A stretch of 64,000 nt of DNA from Pristiophorus japonicus (Eukaryota), in NCBI RefSeq assembly GCF_044704955.1, contig NC_091977.1, positions 263,934,001-263,998,000 on the forward strand, in the 5' to 3' direction. The position numbers and the translations under genes were made by a program. How positions within the stretch are numbered: position 1 is the first letter of the stretch; each line of letters starts with the position of its first letter. This document shows, piece after piece, positions 46,966 through 59,620 of the stretch. The notes under the pieces were generated by a model, which was not told the DNA's origin, ran no database searches, and saw only the letters and a list, made by a program, of their open reading frames with translations.

Positions 46966-49768
46966 GATGAATTAACTGTGCAAATAGATGTGAACAGATA
47001 TGATGTGATTGGGATTACAGAGATGTGGCTCCAGGATGATCAGGGCTGGGAACTCAACATCCAAGTGTATACAACATTCAGAAAGGATAGAATAAAAGGA
47101 AAAGGAGGTGGGGTAGCATTGCTGGTTAAAGAGGAGATTAATGCAATAGTTAGGAAGGACATTAGCTTGGATGATGTGGAAACTATATGGATAGAGCTGC
47201 AGAACACCAAAGGACAAAAAACGTTAGTGGAAGTTGTGCACAAACCTCCAAACAGTAGTAGTGATGTTGGGGAGGGCATCAAACAGGAAATGAGGGGTGC
47301 ATGCAACAAAGGTGCAGCAGTTATCATGGGTGACTTTAATATGCACATAGATTGGGCTAACCAAACTGGAAGCAATACGGTGGGGGAGGATTTCCTGGAG
47401 TGCATAAGTGATGGTTTTCTAGACCAATTTGTCGAGGAACCAACTAGGGGGGAGGCCATCTTAGACTGGGTGTTGTGTAATGAGAGAGGATTAATTAGCA
47501 ATCTCATTGTGCGCAGCCCCTTGGGGAAGAGTGACCATAATCTGGTGGAATTCGACATTAGGATGGAGAATGAAACAGTTAATTCAGAGACTATGGTCCA
47601 AAACTTAAAGAAGGGTAACTTTGAAGGTATGAGGCGTGAATTGGCTAGGATAGATTGGTGAATGATACTTAAGGGGTTGACAGTGGATGGGCAATGGCAG
47701 ACATTTAGAGACCGCATGGATGAACTACAAGAATTGTACATCCCTGTCAGGCGCAAAAATAAAAAAGGGAAGGTGGCTCAACCGTGACTATCAAGGGAAA
47801 TCAGGGATAGTATTAAAGCCAAGCAAGTGGCATACAAATTGGCCAGAAATAGCAGCGAACCCGGGGACTGGGAGAAATTTAGAACTCAGCAGAGGAGGAC
47901 AAGGGGTTTGATTAGGGCAGGGAAAATAGAGTACGAGAGGAAGCTTGCAAAGAACATCAAGACAGACTGCAAAAGCCTCTATAGATATGTAAAAAGAAAA
48001 AGGGTAGTAAAGACAAATGTAGGTCCCCTGCAGTCAGAATCAGGGGAAGTCATAACTGGGAACAAAGAAATGGCAGACCAATTGAATAAGTACTTTGGTT
48101 CGGTATTCACTAAGGAGGACACAATCAACCTTCCGGATATAAAAGGGGTCAGAGAGTCTAGTAAGAAGGAGGAACTGAGGGAAATCCTTATTAGTCGGGA
48201 AATTGTGTTGGGGTAATTGATGGGATTGAAGGCCGATAAATCCCCAGGGCCTGATGGACTGCATCCCAGAGTACTTAAGGAGGTGGCCTTGGAAATAGCG
48301 GATGCATTGACGGTCATTTTCCAACATTCCATAGACTCTGGATCCGTTCCTATGGAGTGGAGGGTAGCCAATGTAACCCCGCTTTTTAAAAAAGGAGGGA
48401 GAGAGAAAACAGGGAATTATAGACCGGTCAGCCTGACATCGGTAGTGAGTAAAATGATGGAATCAATTATTAAGGATGTCATAGCAGCGCATTTGGAAAG
48501 AGGTGACATGATAGGTTCAAGTCAGCATGGATTTGTGAAAGGGAAATCATGCTTGACAAATCTTCTGGAATTTTTTGAGGATGTTTCCAGTAGAGTGGAC
48601 AAGGGAGAACCAGTTGATGTGGTGTATTTGGACTTTCAGAAGGCTTTCGACAAGGTCCCACACAAGAGATTAACGTGCAAAGTTAAAGTACATGGGATTG
48701 GGGGTAGTGTGCTGATGTGGATTGATAACTGGTTGGCAAACAGGAAGCAAAGAGCAGGAGTAAATGGGTACTTTTCAGAATGGCAGGCAGTGACTAGTGG
48801 GGTACCGCAAGGTTCTTTGCTGGGGCCCCAGCTGTTTACATTGTACATTAATGATTTAGACGAGGGGATTAAATGTAGTATCTCCGAATTTGCGGATGAC
48901 ACTAAGTTGGGTGGCAGTGCGAGGAGGATGCTATGAGGCTGCAGAGTGACTTGGATAGGTTAGGTGAGTGGGCAAATGCATGGCAGATGAAGTATAATGT
49001 GGATAAATGTGAGGTTATCCACTTTGGTAGTAAAAACAGAGAGACAGACTATTATCTGAATGGTGACAGATTAGGAAAAGGGGAGATGCAACGAGACCTG
49101 GGTGTCATGGTACATCAGTCATTGAAGGTTGGCATGCAGGTACAGCAGGCGGTTAAGAAAGCAATAGCGAGGGGATTTGAGTACAGGGGCAGGGAGGTGT
49201 TACTACAGGTGTACAGGGCCTTGGTGAGGCCACACCTGGAGTATTGTGTACAGTTTTGGTCTTGAGGAAGGACATTCTTGCTATTGAGGGAGTGCAGCGA
49301 AGGTTCACCAGACTCATTCCCGGGATGGCGGGACTGACATATCAAGAAAGACTGGATCAACTGGGCTTGTATTCACTGGAGTTCAAGAGAATGAGAGGCG
49401 ATCTCATAGAAACGTTTAAAATTCTGATGGGTTTCGACAGGTTAGATGGAGGAAGAATGTTCCCAATGTTGGGGAAGTCCAGAGCCAGGGGTCACAGTCT
49501 ATGGATAAGGGGTAAGCCATTTAGGACCGAGATGAGGAGAAACTTCTTCACCCAGAGAGTGGTGAACCTGTGGAATTCTCTACCACAGAAAGTTGTTGAG
49601 GCCAATTCACTAAATATATTCAAAAAGGAGTTAGATGTAGTCCTTACTACTAGGGGGATCAAGGGGTATGGTGAGAAAGCAGGAATGTTCAGCCATGAAC
49701 TCATTGAATGGCGGTGCAGGCTCGAAAGGCCGAATGGCCTACTCCTGCACCTATTTTCTATGTTTCTA
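46966..49768 (+). mobile_element. CR1 LINE (family A), nearly whole ORF2, multiple stops and frameshifts
   Basis: DVIGITEMWL, GGGVALLVK, IMGDFN, SDHN, RT motifs and C-terminus; 3' tail at about 49760. Confidence 0.96.
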
Positions 49769-49899
49769 TATTTGGCTGCTTGCCTCCACATCAGTAGTCA
49801 GTCTGAAGCCGGCAGAGAAACTGGGCTGGGCAGAGACTTTACAGGAGCAGTTTGCCTTGTTTGAAGTGAGCGACCGTGTTTCAAGGATGAGTTTTATTA

Positions 49900-50332
49900 A
49901 AAAAAGAAAGACTTGGATTTATATAGCACCTTTCACGACCACCAGATGTCTCAAAGTGCTTTACAGCCAATTTTGGAGTGTCGTCGCTATTGTAATGTTG
50001 AAATGCAGCAGCCAACTTCACAAGCAAGCTCCCGCAAACAGCAATGTGTTAATGACCAGACAATCTGTTTTTGTTCTGTTGATGAAGGGTTAAATATTGG
50101 GCTGGACACCAGGGACAACTCCTCTGCTCTTCAAAATAGTGCCATGGGATAATTTGCAAGAACAGACAAAGCCTTGATTTAACATCTCATCCAAAGGATG
50201 GCACCTCCAACAATGCAGTACTCCACTGGAGTGTCAGCCTAGATTTTTATGCTCAAATTCCAGAGTGGGATTTGAACTCACAACCTTTTGATTTAGAGGC
50301 AAGAGTGCTACCCACTGAGCCACAGCTGACAC
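49900..50332 (-). mobile_element. Deu-domain SINE (SacSINE1-like)
   Basis: Tail AAAGACTTGGATTTATATAGCACC through head CCCACTGAGCCACAGCTGACAC. Confidence 0.87.
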
Positions 50333-50599
50333 TATGTTGAGAGTTTGCTTCGGGGAAGCATCTTGGTTGTTTTGACATTAAAGTACCAATTATGATGAGA
50401 CAGTGTGTGTTGGGTACTGTTACTTTATCTGTTTAATAATGTTAAATACATTTATTTAGTGATTTAAAGCACAACCCTTGATCTAATAGAATGTATATTC
50501 ATCCTCCCACCATGGTTGAGGCATCATGCGGCTGTTGGTTGATGTATTTTAGTAAGTTGCCGTAGAATAGCATTTACCTGGGAGATAGAACGGGTGGAC

Positions 50600-52000
50600 A
50601 TAACATTGGATGACAAGATTAGTATGGGATAAATACATTTAAAATAAAAAGTGGGAATATATTCAATTAACTAATCAAGCTCAAAGAGGATAAAACCCCA
50701 GGTCCGGATAGATTGCATCCATGCATTTTAAATGAATTTAGGAAAGAGATAGCAGAGACATTATTATACATATTTAATAATTCATTGGAAAAAGGTGTAA
50801 AGCCAGAGCACTGGTGGATAGCTCATGTAATACCTATATTTAAGAAGTGAGATAGAACATGTCCAGGGAATCATAGACCAGTCAGCTTAACATCTGTGGT
50901 AAGAAAAATTATGGAATCCATACTAAGGGTTGAAAATAGAAGAATATCTGGAAACCAAAAATATGATAATGAATAGTCAGCATGGATTGCAAAAGGGCAA
51001 GTCTTGCTTGACCAACCTCATTGAATTTTCTGAAGAGGTAACAGAGAGAGTGTACAAGGGTAATGCAGCAGATGTAATTTATCTAGATTTTCAAAAAGCC
51101 TTCGATAAGGTACCCCATAATACCCAGAAAGCAGAGAGTCGGGGTAAAAGGTAGTTATTCACACTGGCAGAAGGTGGGTAGTGGTGTTCCACAAGGATCG
51201 GTGCTGGGACAACTGTTGTTCACAATTTATATTAATGATGTAGACTTTGGAATCAAAAATACAATTTCTAAATTTGCGGATGACATCAAATTTGTGGGGA
51301 TATTCAATACAGAGGAGGACTGCAACAAATTACATTAATAAACTTGCAGAATGGGCATATAATTGGCAAATGAAGTTCAACACACATAAATGTGAGGTAT
51401 TACATTTTGGTAGGAAGGATAGGGAGGACATTTATTACTTGGAGAGTGTGAGTCTAGGTGAGGTTGAGGAACAAAGGGATCTCAGAGTACAAATACATAA
51501 ATCACTAAAAGTTGAGCAAATAGCCCATTCTGTCCCACGCAAATGTCCTTCCTGCGGGGATGTGGAGGATCTGTCAAGAGAAATCTTGACAGATCGTAAA
51601 AGCCGGTTTTCGGCGCATACGCAGCTTGCCCCGAAAATTGGCTTTGCGAGGCCTTGTCGAATCCGTGTGCACTTCGTACGAGCCCAATTTTCGGCCCAAT
51701 GTTTCCACTTGTGGGGAAGAGCGTAACTAGAGGCCATCAATATAAGATAGTCACCAAGAAATCCAATAGGGAATTCAGAAGAAACCTCTTTACCCAAAGA
51801 ATAGTGAGAAAGTGGAACTTACTATCACAGAGAGTGGTTGAATAGATGCATTTAAGAGGAGGCTAGACAAGCATCTGAGGGGAGAAGGGAATAGAGGGTT
51901 AAGCTGATAGAGTTAGATGAGGAAAGACGGAAGGAGGCTCGATTGGAGCATAAATGCCAGCATGGACTGCGTAGGCCGAATGGCCTGTTTCTGTGTCATA
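50600..52000 (+). mobile_element. Older CR1 LINE fragment with a MITE remnant (51512-51697) replacing part of it
   Basis: [59 protein letters not shown]; the MITE remnant ends AATTTTCGGCCC|AAT. Confidence 0.85.
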
Positions 52001-52279
52001 TACCCTATGTAATCCCTATGTAAAACCCTATGTAATACTGACCAGGTAAGGACATGTTCTCGTTCATAGGGGGCGTAACTTCTGCTTATCGAATGGGCCC
52101 GTGATGTTGACCCCCAAGGAGAATATCGAAAGAAAAATATCAAAAACATTCAACCTCTATATTATATCTCATGGAGCTGCAATGATTCTCTGCTGCACAT
52201 AGTAATTGCACACATCAGAAACCTATCGCTGAATGTAGTCAAGCACTGCTCTAACTCTGCAGAAACAAGTTGCTACTTT

Positions 52280-53010
52280 ATCAAAATGCTGCGATACAGA
52301 GGGATCTGGGGGTCCTTGTACATGAAACACAAAAAGTTAGCATTCAGGTACAGCAAGTAATTAGGAAGGCAAATGGAATGTTGGCCTTTATTGCAAGGGA
52401 ATGGAATATAAAAGTAGAGAAGTCCTGCTACAACTGTACAGGGCATTGGTGAGACCACACCAGGAGTACTACGTACAGTTTTGATCGCTTTATTTAAGGG
52501 ATATACTTGCATTGGAGGCAGTTTAGAGAAGGTGCACGAGGTTGATTCCTCAGATAAAGGGTTGTCATATGAAGAAAGGTTGAGCAGATTTGGCCTATAT
52601 TCATTGGAGTTTAGAAGAATGAGAGGTGATCTTATTGAAACGTATAAGATTCTGAGGGGGCTTGACAGGGTAGATGCAGAGAGGATGTTTCCCCTCGTGG
52701 GGGAATCTAGAACTAGGAGGCAGTTTCAGAATAAGGGGTCGCCCATTTAAAACGGAAATGAGGAGGAATTTCTTCTCTCAGAGGATCGTGAATCTTTGGA
52801 GAGCTGTGGTGGCTGGGTCATTGAATATATTTAAGGTGGAGATAGATAGATTTTTGAACGATAAGGGAGTCAAGGGTTATGGGGAGAGGGCAGAGAAGTG
52901 GAGCTGAAGTCAAGATCAGATCAGCCATGATCATATTGAATGGCGGAGCAGGCTCGAGGGGCCAGATGGTCTACTCCTGCACCTATTCCTTATTTTCTTA
53001 TGTTCTTATG
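52280..53010 (+). mobile_element. CR1 LINE 3' end
   Basis: QRDLGVLVHETQKVS, YSLEFRRMRGDLIETYKIL; tail TTCTTATGTTCTTATG. Confidence 0.92.
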
Positions 53011-53410
53011 TCGGTAGTCTGCAGCACATTTGTGATGTTGAACTGCTAGGAAGAAGCTATGTTTAACAGGGCCTTCTCCTTTAAGGCCATTGTGCAAGTA
53101 CTCCAATGACAAAGTGGTCTAATTATGTAAATCCAGGTAATTAAAATGACAAGTGAACTGCCGCAGCCAATTAGAGGACATATGTAGCTATTTGTAAATT
53201 TCTGACTGCCGGTCAGAAGAATCCAGCACAAAACAAATGCCTTTCTTTCTCTTTTTTTTGAGAAATTGTTTAGAGTCTGGAACAAAGAGTGACACTCTGA
53301 GACATGACAGATGCTTGCTGATTGCAAAATCTTTTTCTACATGCTAGTGGATCTTCCCGATCACTGCTCACGGTGACCCAGAGAAGTACTTAGCTTAACT
53401 GTCTCTGTTA

Positions 53411-53580
53411 AGAAAGAAAGTATTTGCCTTTATACTGTGCCTTTCTTATTCGCAGAATGTCTCAAAATGCTCCAATGAATTACTTTTCTGATGTCTAGTC
53501 ACTATTGTCTTGTGTGCAGACATTGCAGCCAATTTGAATACAGCAAGCACCTTCAAATGGCAAATGAGGTGAATGTCTAG
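53411..53580 (-). mobile_element. Decayed Deu-SINE tail fragment
   Basis: AGAAAGAAAGTATTTGCCTTTATACTGTGCCTTTC..TAGTCACTATTGT..GCAGCCAATTTG matches the SINE tails above. Confidence 0.55.
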
Positions 53581-53599
53581 CCTGCACAACATACTCTGT

Positions 53600-54335
53600 G
53601 TCTTTGTCACTGATTCCATTCCCCTCCCAGGCGACTATCTCAGGGTGAACCAGATTTTTCACAACCTCAGTGTTCTATTTGACCCTAAGCTGAGTTTCTG
53701 ACTCAAAATAATCCCCATCACAAAGACCACCTACTTACACCTTCGCAGCATCGTCCACCATCACCACACCCCCACCTCAGCCCATCTGCTGCTGAAACCC
53801 TCATCTATGCTTTTGTCACCTTCAGACTCAGCCCTCCTCCCATTCTCTGCCCTCTTTAAACTTCAGCTCATCCAAAACTCTATCCTATCCTGCACCAACT
53901 CCTGCCCACCTTATGCTCACTGGCCTATATTTGGCTCCCAGACCTCCCAATATCTCAAATATTCAATTCTCATCCTTATGTTTCATCCCTTCATGGCCAC
54001 ACCCTTCCCTATCTCTGTAACCTTCTCCAGCCCTACGATTCCTCCCTCCCCTAAAAAACTGGCCATCCCTTGGATTCTGGCCTTTTGTGCATTCCTCTTT
54101 CCTTCATCCCCACCCAACCTTGACAGCAGTGCCTTCAACTAACTAGGCCCTATTCTCTGAAATTCACTCCCTAAGTGCATCCACCTCTCCACCTCCCTTT
54201 CCTCCCTTAAAACCCACCTCTTTAACAATTTCCACTTGTCCTCATATCTAACCTTTTGGCTTGGAGCCCATTTATTTCCATACGCCTCTTCAAAGTGCCA
54301 TGGGACGTCTGTTGTACATTAAAGGCACTATTCAG
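53600..54335 (+). mobile_element. L2 LINE 3' portion, decayed
   Basis: TATTTGACCCTAAGCTGAG, CTGCTGCTGAAACCCTCATCTATGCTTTTGTCACC, CTCATCCAAAACTCT; homologous to 16122-16916. Confidence 0.8.
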
Positions 54336-54715
54336 GGAAGCCTCCCTCACACAACTGGGATAAATTTATTCAACTCCACACTTCCTCATTCACATCCTTC
54401 ATTTGGATGTGGGCATGGGGTATTTTCTTTCATGATAATTCCCATACATTCAGAGTTCTGAGATCTTTGATCAACTGTCACAGAGCTAGTTTCAACTCTC
54501 GGTCCATGACTCATTGCAACTATAAATGTGACAGATTTTAATATCAGGCCCTTGTTAGTAATGGTGACATTCTCCAGTCCTGGGAATGCCACCGAATGCA
54601 GAGCTGAAGTGGGGAGCTCACCAGTGTTTCCAACACTTGTTATACTGCAGTGTTGATGTTTATTTATATTTATATAACATTTAAAGTGCTGATGACTCAC
54701 TGAGCTACACACATT

Positions 54716-55687
54716 GGGCCCAAGTTTCCACATGATTTGCGCCTGATTTTTAGGAGCAACTGGTGGAGAATGGACTATCTTAGAAATCGCAATTCTCCTC
54801 ATTTTTTTTTCTGCAGTTCTAGTCAGGTAGAACAGTTCCACTTTGGAACAGAATTTTTTCTTCAAAAGGGGGCGTGTCCGGCCACTGATGCCTGATTTCA
54901 AAGTTTCCACAGTGAAAACGTACTCCAAACTAACTTGGAATGGAGCAAGTGAGATTTTTGTAGAACTGAAAAAACCTTGTCTACACATTAAAAAATCAGG
55001 CGCAGGTTACAAATTAGGCGTCCAGAACGAGGTGGGGGGGGGGAGTGGGGGGGGAGGGGGGGGAAGGGAAGTCATTAAATTTTATAATAAATCCTTATTT
55101 ATACTTATACAAATATTATACAAATAAATCCAACCTGAATAAAAATTTATAAGCAAAGAAAAGATTAAATAAACCATCTTCCTACCTGTGTGAAAGTGCT
55201 TTAGCCGGGGAGAATGCTGCAGGGGTGGGGGGGGGAAAGGAGGCAGCCGTTCGTTCCCGCGGGGTGGGGGGGGGGAGGGAAACGGCTGCCTGAACTTTCT
55301 GAGGCTTCCTGCAGCCTTCTCACTGCTGCAAGAAGCCTCAGTGCTGATGTGCTGATGGCAATGTGCTTTTATTAAAAAAATGTTCAAAAATTAAACAGCT
55401 ACAAAGAACTACAAAAATGGCCGAGTGCCAATGTTTACTTCACACTGCGCGTGCGCGAACGCTCCAACGCGCACGCGCAGCGTTGCCGGCAGGAAAAAAA
55501 CGCCCCCTCCTACTTACAAAATCGGCGCGAGTGTAGGCTCCGCCCCCCTGGGCGCCGCGCCAAGCAGACATGGAGCTGCAGGGCGCTCCAGAATCGCGCG
55601 TTTTTTTTCCGGCGCCGTTTTCGGCGCGAAAAACGGGCGCCCAGCTCGGAGGGGTGCCCGTTTTTTATCGTGTGGAAACTTGGGCCC
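54716..55687. mobile_element. Young MITE (972 bp) with ATT TSD
   Basis: Perfect 17-bp TIR GGGCCCAAGTTTCCACA / TGTGGAAACTTGGGCCC; ATT on both flanks; CpG-rich right arm. Confidence 0.92.
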
Positions 55688-56010
55688 ATTAATTTCCCCT
55701 GTAACAAGTGATTACAAAATGTGATGCCGGACTTGCCGTCAGATTTTCATTTCAGCCCTCACCAGACCCATTTTCCAGAGAGTTGAATGTTTTCATATGC
55801 AATGTGACAGTAAGTAAGCAATTTCTATGCTTACAACAACCCCAATAGAAAGTAAATCACACATTTAAAAATCTTGTATTTACTGTAAATTATTGGCCCT
55901 AAAGTTGCGGTCAGCGGCATAGTTAAGGAGTACACCGTCAACCTCCGAAAGAAATCTGCACTTTCCTGGTGCAAGGCCCCATTAGAAAACTTGTTTTGTG
56001 CTGCATAATA

Positions 56011-58576
56011 GTGTCAGCCGTGGCTCAGTGGGTAGCAGACTTGTTTCTGAGTCTGAAGGTTGTGGGTTCAAGTCTCCCTCCAGGAATTTGAACACATAAA
56101 TCTAGGCTGACACTCAAGGGAGTGCTGCACTGTTAGCAGTAAGGAAAACCCAAAGATGTTCTATAAATATATTAAGAGCAAGAGGATAACTAAAGAAAGC
56201 CTTTTAGAGACATTGAGGGTAATCTCTGTGTGGAGGCGGAAGATGTGGGTGTAAGGTTCTCAATGAATACTTTGTATCTGTTTTCATAAAGGAAAGGTGC
56301 AATGCAGATACTGCTATCAAGGAGGAGTGTGAAATTCTGGATGAAATAACATAGTGAGAGAGGAGGTATTAAGGGGTTTAGCAGCTTTGAAAGTAGATAA
56401 GTCCCCAGGCCCGGATGAAATGCATCCCAGGCTGTTGAGCGAAGTAAAAGAGGAAATAGCAGAGGCCTTGACCATCATTTTCCAGTGTTCTTTGGATTTG
56501 GGCATGGTGTCGGAGGACTGAGGACTGCTAATGTGGTACCCTTGTTTAAGAAGGGAGAAAGGGATAGGCTGAGTAATTGTCAGTCTAACCTCAGTGGTGG
56601 GAAAATTATTGGAAAAGATCCTGAAGGACAGGATAAATCTACATTTAGAAAGGCAAGCATTAATTAGGGACAGTCAGCACGGATTTGTTATGGGAAGATC
56701 ATGTTTAACGAACCTGATTGAATTTTTCGACGAGGTAACCAGGAGTGTCAATGAGGGTAGTGCATACGATGTAGTATATATGGATTTTAGCAAAGCTTCT
56801 GATAAGGTCCCACATGGCAGACTGGTCACGAAGGTAAAAGCCCATGGGATCCAGGGCAATGTGGCAAGTTGGATCCAAAATTGGCTTAGAGATAAGAAGC
56901 AAAGGGTAATGGTTGATGGATGTTTTTGTGACTGATGTTTCCAGTGGGGTTCTGCAGGGCTCAGTATTGGGTCCCTTGCTTTTTGTGGTATACATCAATG
57001 ATCTAGATTTCAATATAGGGAGTATGATGAAGAAGTTTGCAGTCGACACTAAAATTGGCTGTGTGGTTGATAATGAAGAGGACAGTCATGGACTGCAGGA
57101 GGATATCTATCTACTGGTCAGGTGGGCAGAGCAGTGGCAAATGGAATTTAATTTGGAGAAATGTGAGGTAATGCACTTGGGGAAGATTAATGAGGAAAGG
57201 GTATACACATTAAATGGTCGGCCACTTAGAAGTGTAGATGAACAAAGAGACCTTGGAGTGCTTGTCCACATATCCCTGAAAGTAACAAGTCAGGTGGATA
57301 AGGTGGTTAAGAAGGCATACGGAATGCTTGCCTTTATTGGCCGAGACATAGAATACAAGAGCAGGGAGGTTATGCTTAAATTGGAAAATACTCTGGTTAG
57401 GCCACAGCTGGAATACTGCGTGCAGTTCTGGTCGCCGTATTATAGGAACTGGAGAGGATCAGAGATTTGTGAGGATGCTGCCTGGAATGGAGAATCTTAG
57501 CTATGAGGATAGATTGGATAGGCTGGGTTTGTTCTCTTTAGAACAGAGGAAGTTGAGAGGATATCTCTTTGAGGTGTATAACATTTTGAGGGGCCTGTAT
57601 ATCGTGGAAAACAAGGACCTATTTCCCTTGGTGCAGGGGTCAATTACAAGGGGGCATAGTTTTAAGGTGGTTGGTGGAAGGTTCAAAGGGGATTTAAGGG
57701 GAGGATTCTTCACGCAGAGGGTTGTGGGGGTCTGGAACTCTCTGCCTGGATGGGTGGTAGAGGCAGAAACCCTCACCACATTTAAAAGGTGCTTGGATGG
57801 GCACTTGAATTGCCGTAACCTGCAGGATTACGGACCTAAAGCTGGTAAGTGGGATTAGACTGAATAATCTCTTGTTGGCTGGCGCTGATACGATGGTAAG
57901 TACTGCAGGGAATCGACTACGGCCAGGGTGATCTCCTGGACTAGTTTTGATCCAACCTGGATGGGTTGGAGAGGAATTTTCCCAGATTTCTTTCCCTAAT
58001 TGCCCTGGGTTGTTATCTGGTTTTTGCCTCTCCTGGGAGATCGCATGGCTCCAGTTGGGGTGGAGTGTAAAATGTTGCAATACATGGGGTGTCGCAGTTG
58101 GGTGGGGCAGATTGGTTGGTCTGGATGCTCTTCACCTTTTCGCCATTGTACATAGGCTTATACGTAACCTTCAGGGCTGCTCTTTGTCGGTCGGCGCGGA
58201 CACGATGGGTGAAATGGCCTCCTTCTGCGCTGTAGATTTCTGTTTCACGTTTCTAGGTGCTGTCTTTTAGATGAGATGTTAAACCGAGGCCCCGTCTGCT
58301 CTCTCAAGTGGACATAAAAGATCCCACGGCACTATTTCGAAGTAGAGCAGGGGAGTTATCCACGGTATCGTGGCTAATATTTATCCCGCAATCAACATAA
58401 CAAAAACAGTTTATCTGGTCATAATCACATTGCTGTTTGTGGAGGCTTGCTGTGAGTAAGCAGGCTGCCATGTTTCCCACATTACAACAGTGACTACACT
58501 TCAAAAATACTTCATTGGCTGTAAAGTGCCTTAAGACTTCCGGTGGTCGTGAAAGGTACAAGTCTTTCTTTCTTTC
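56011..58576 (+). mobile_element. Deu-domain SINE split by a CR1 (head 56011-56135, body and tail 58256-58576)
   Basis: GTGCTGCACTGTTAG | AGGTGCTGTCTTTTAGATGAGATGTTAAACCGAGG join into the SINE sequence seen intact at 24591-25046. Confidence 0.85.
56136..58255 (+). mobile_element. CR1 LINE (family B, long 3' UTR), decayed
   Basis: SQHGFVMGRSCLTNLIEFF, SGVLQGSVLGPLLF, LVRPQLEYCVQFWSPYYR; 3' UTR homologous to 45305-45776. Confidence 0.93.
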
Positions 58577-58577
58577 A

Positions 58578-59120
58578 TATGCGGGACCCACGGATCCCAG
58601 GGGCGCACAATGAGTGTAAGCATACCTGGGACCACGTGGGGTGGTGCTCCGATAGGAAACAGAAATCGCCGATGCCCATTCATGATTTTTTAGTCTCACT
58701 CACCCCAGTAATATTAGTTAATAAATCAGTCTCTCACTCACTCCAGTTATATTAATAAATAAATCACTCTATCATTCTTGGTAGATTGTTTTCACCCTTT
58801 GCCTATTTGTCTCCGCAACTTGTGTTGGGATCAGTAGATAGTTCGGTTGATATAGATATTTATTTTGATGATTTTTTTATCACGGACAGATGTATATTTC
58901 AAGCTGCTGCATATCCCACTTCCCCTTACGCTCCTGCGCCTGTTTGTGCCAACCGTAAAATTTTCCTGCATAATTGCTCGGCAGTTGGTGAGCAATTAGC
59001 CCAACTCTGCACCAACAATGAGGATTTCATGGTCGCAGTGGATGATCTGTCAAATCGGAACTTGACAAATCGCAAGTTCCGGATTTAACGCATGTTCTTA
59101 ATCCCAAACTTGCAGTCAAT
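58578..59120. mobile_element. Decayed MITE related to 30751-31485
   Basis: CTGGGACCACGTGG and GATCTGTCAAA..TTGACAAATCGCAAGTTCCGGATT match that MITE in reverse orientation. Confidence 0.5.
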
Positions 59121-59591
59121 TTCAAAGACTGTTTGACAGAGTACTCTGAGAGTACGCTGCCATACCCACTGCAAATTCTGCCCCATTATAATGATATATT
59201 AGTAAATTATTCACTCTTCCCGAACTTTAGGATAAACTTTGCTTTCAGCACCAATGTATATCAGAATTTTTCTCCACTTCATAATCTGACGAAAAACAAC
59301 GTTTTGTTCATTTGACACTTGGAACTTGATCGTCTCACATTTGAGAATATTGTGTAGTTGCGCAGATTGTTTCATAATGCAGTTGAAACAATGAAATTTG
59401 ACTAATCAGTAATTAGCCACAATCCTAGGTATCACTGAAGATGAATGTAAATCAAGAGGAAATGGCATATCAGTAATCAGAGGCTTCTCTGACAGTAAGA
59501 ATTGTTTGAAGTTGCTTCATTTTATTATTTATTTGAGCTTATATCCATGCATGGTAGTGTTTATTTACAATGAGTGAATGAGTACGTGCGT

Positions 59592-59620
59592 GTATATATA
59601 TATATATATATATATTATAT
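59592..59620. repeat. (TA)n microsatellite
   Basis: TATATATA run seen directly. Confidence 0.9.

Noticed and set aside
54386-54988. 200-aa minus-strand ORF
   Set aside because: It crosses the MITE boundary at 54716, so it is chimeric and probably fortuitous.
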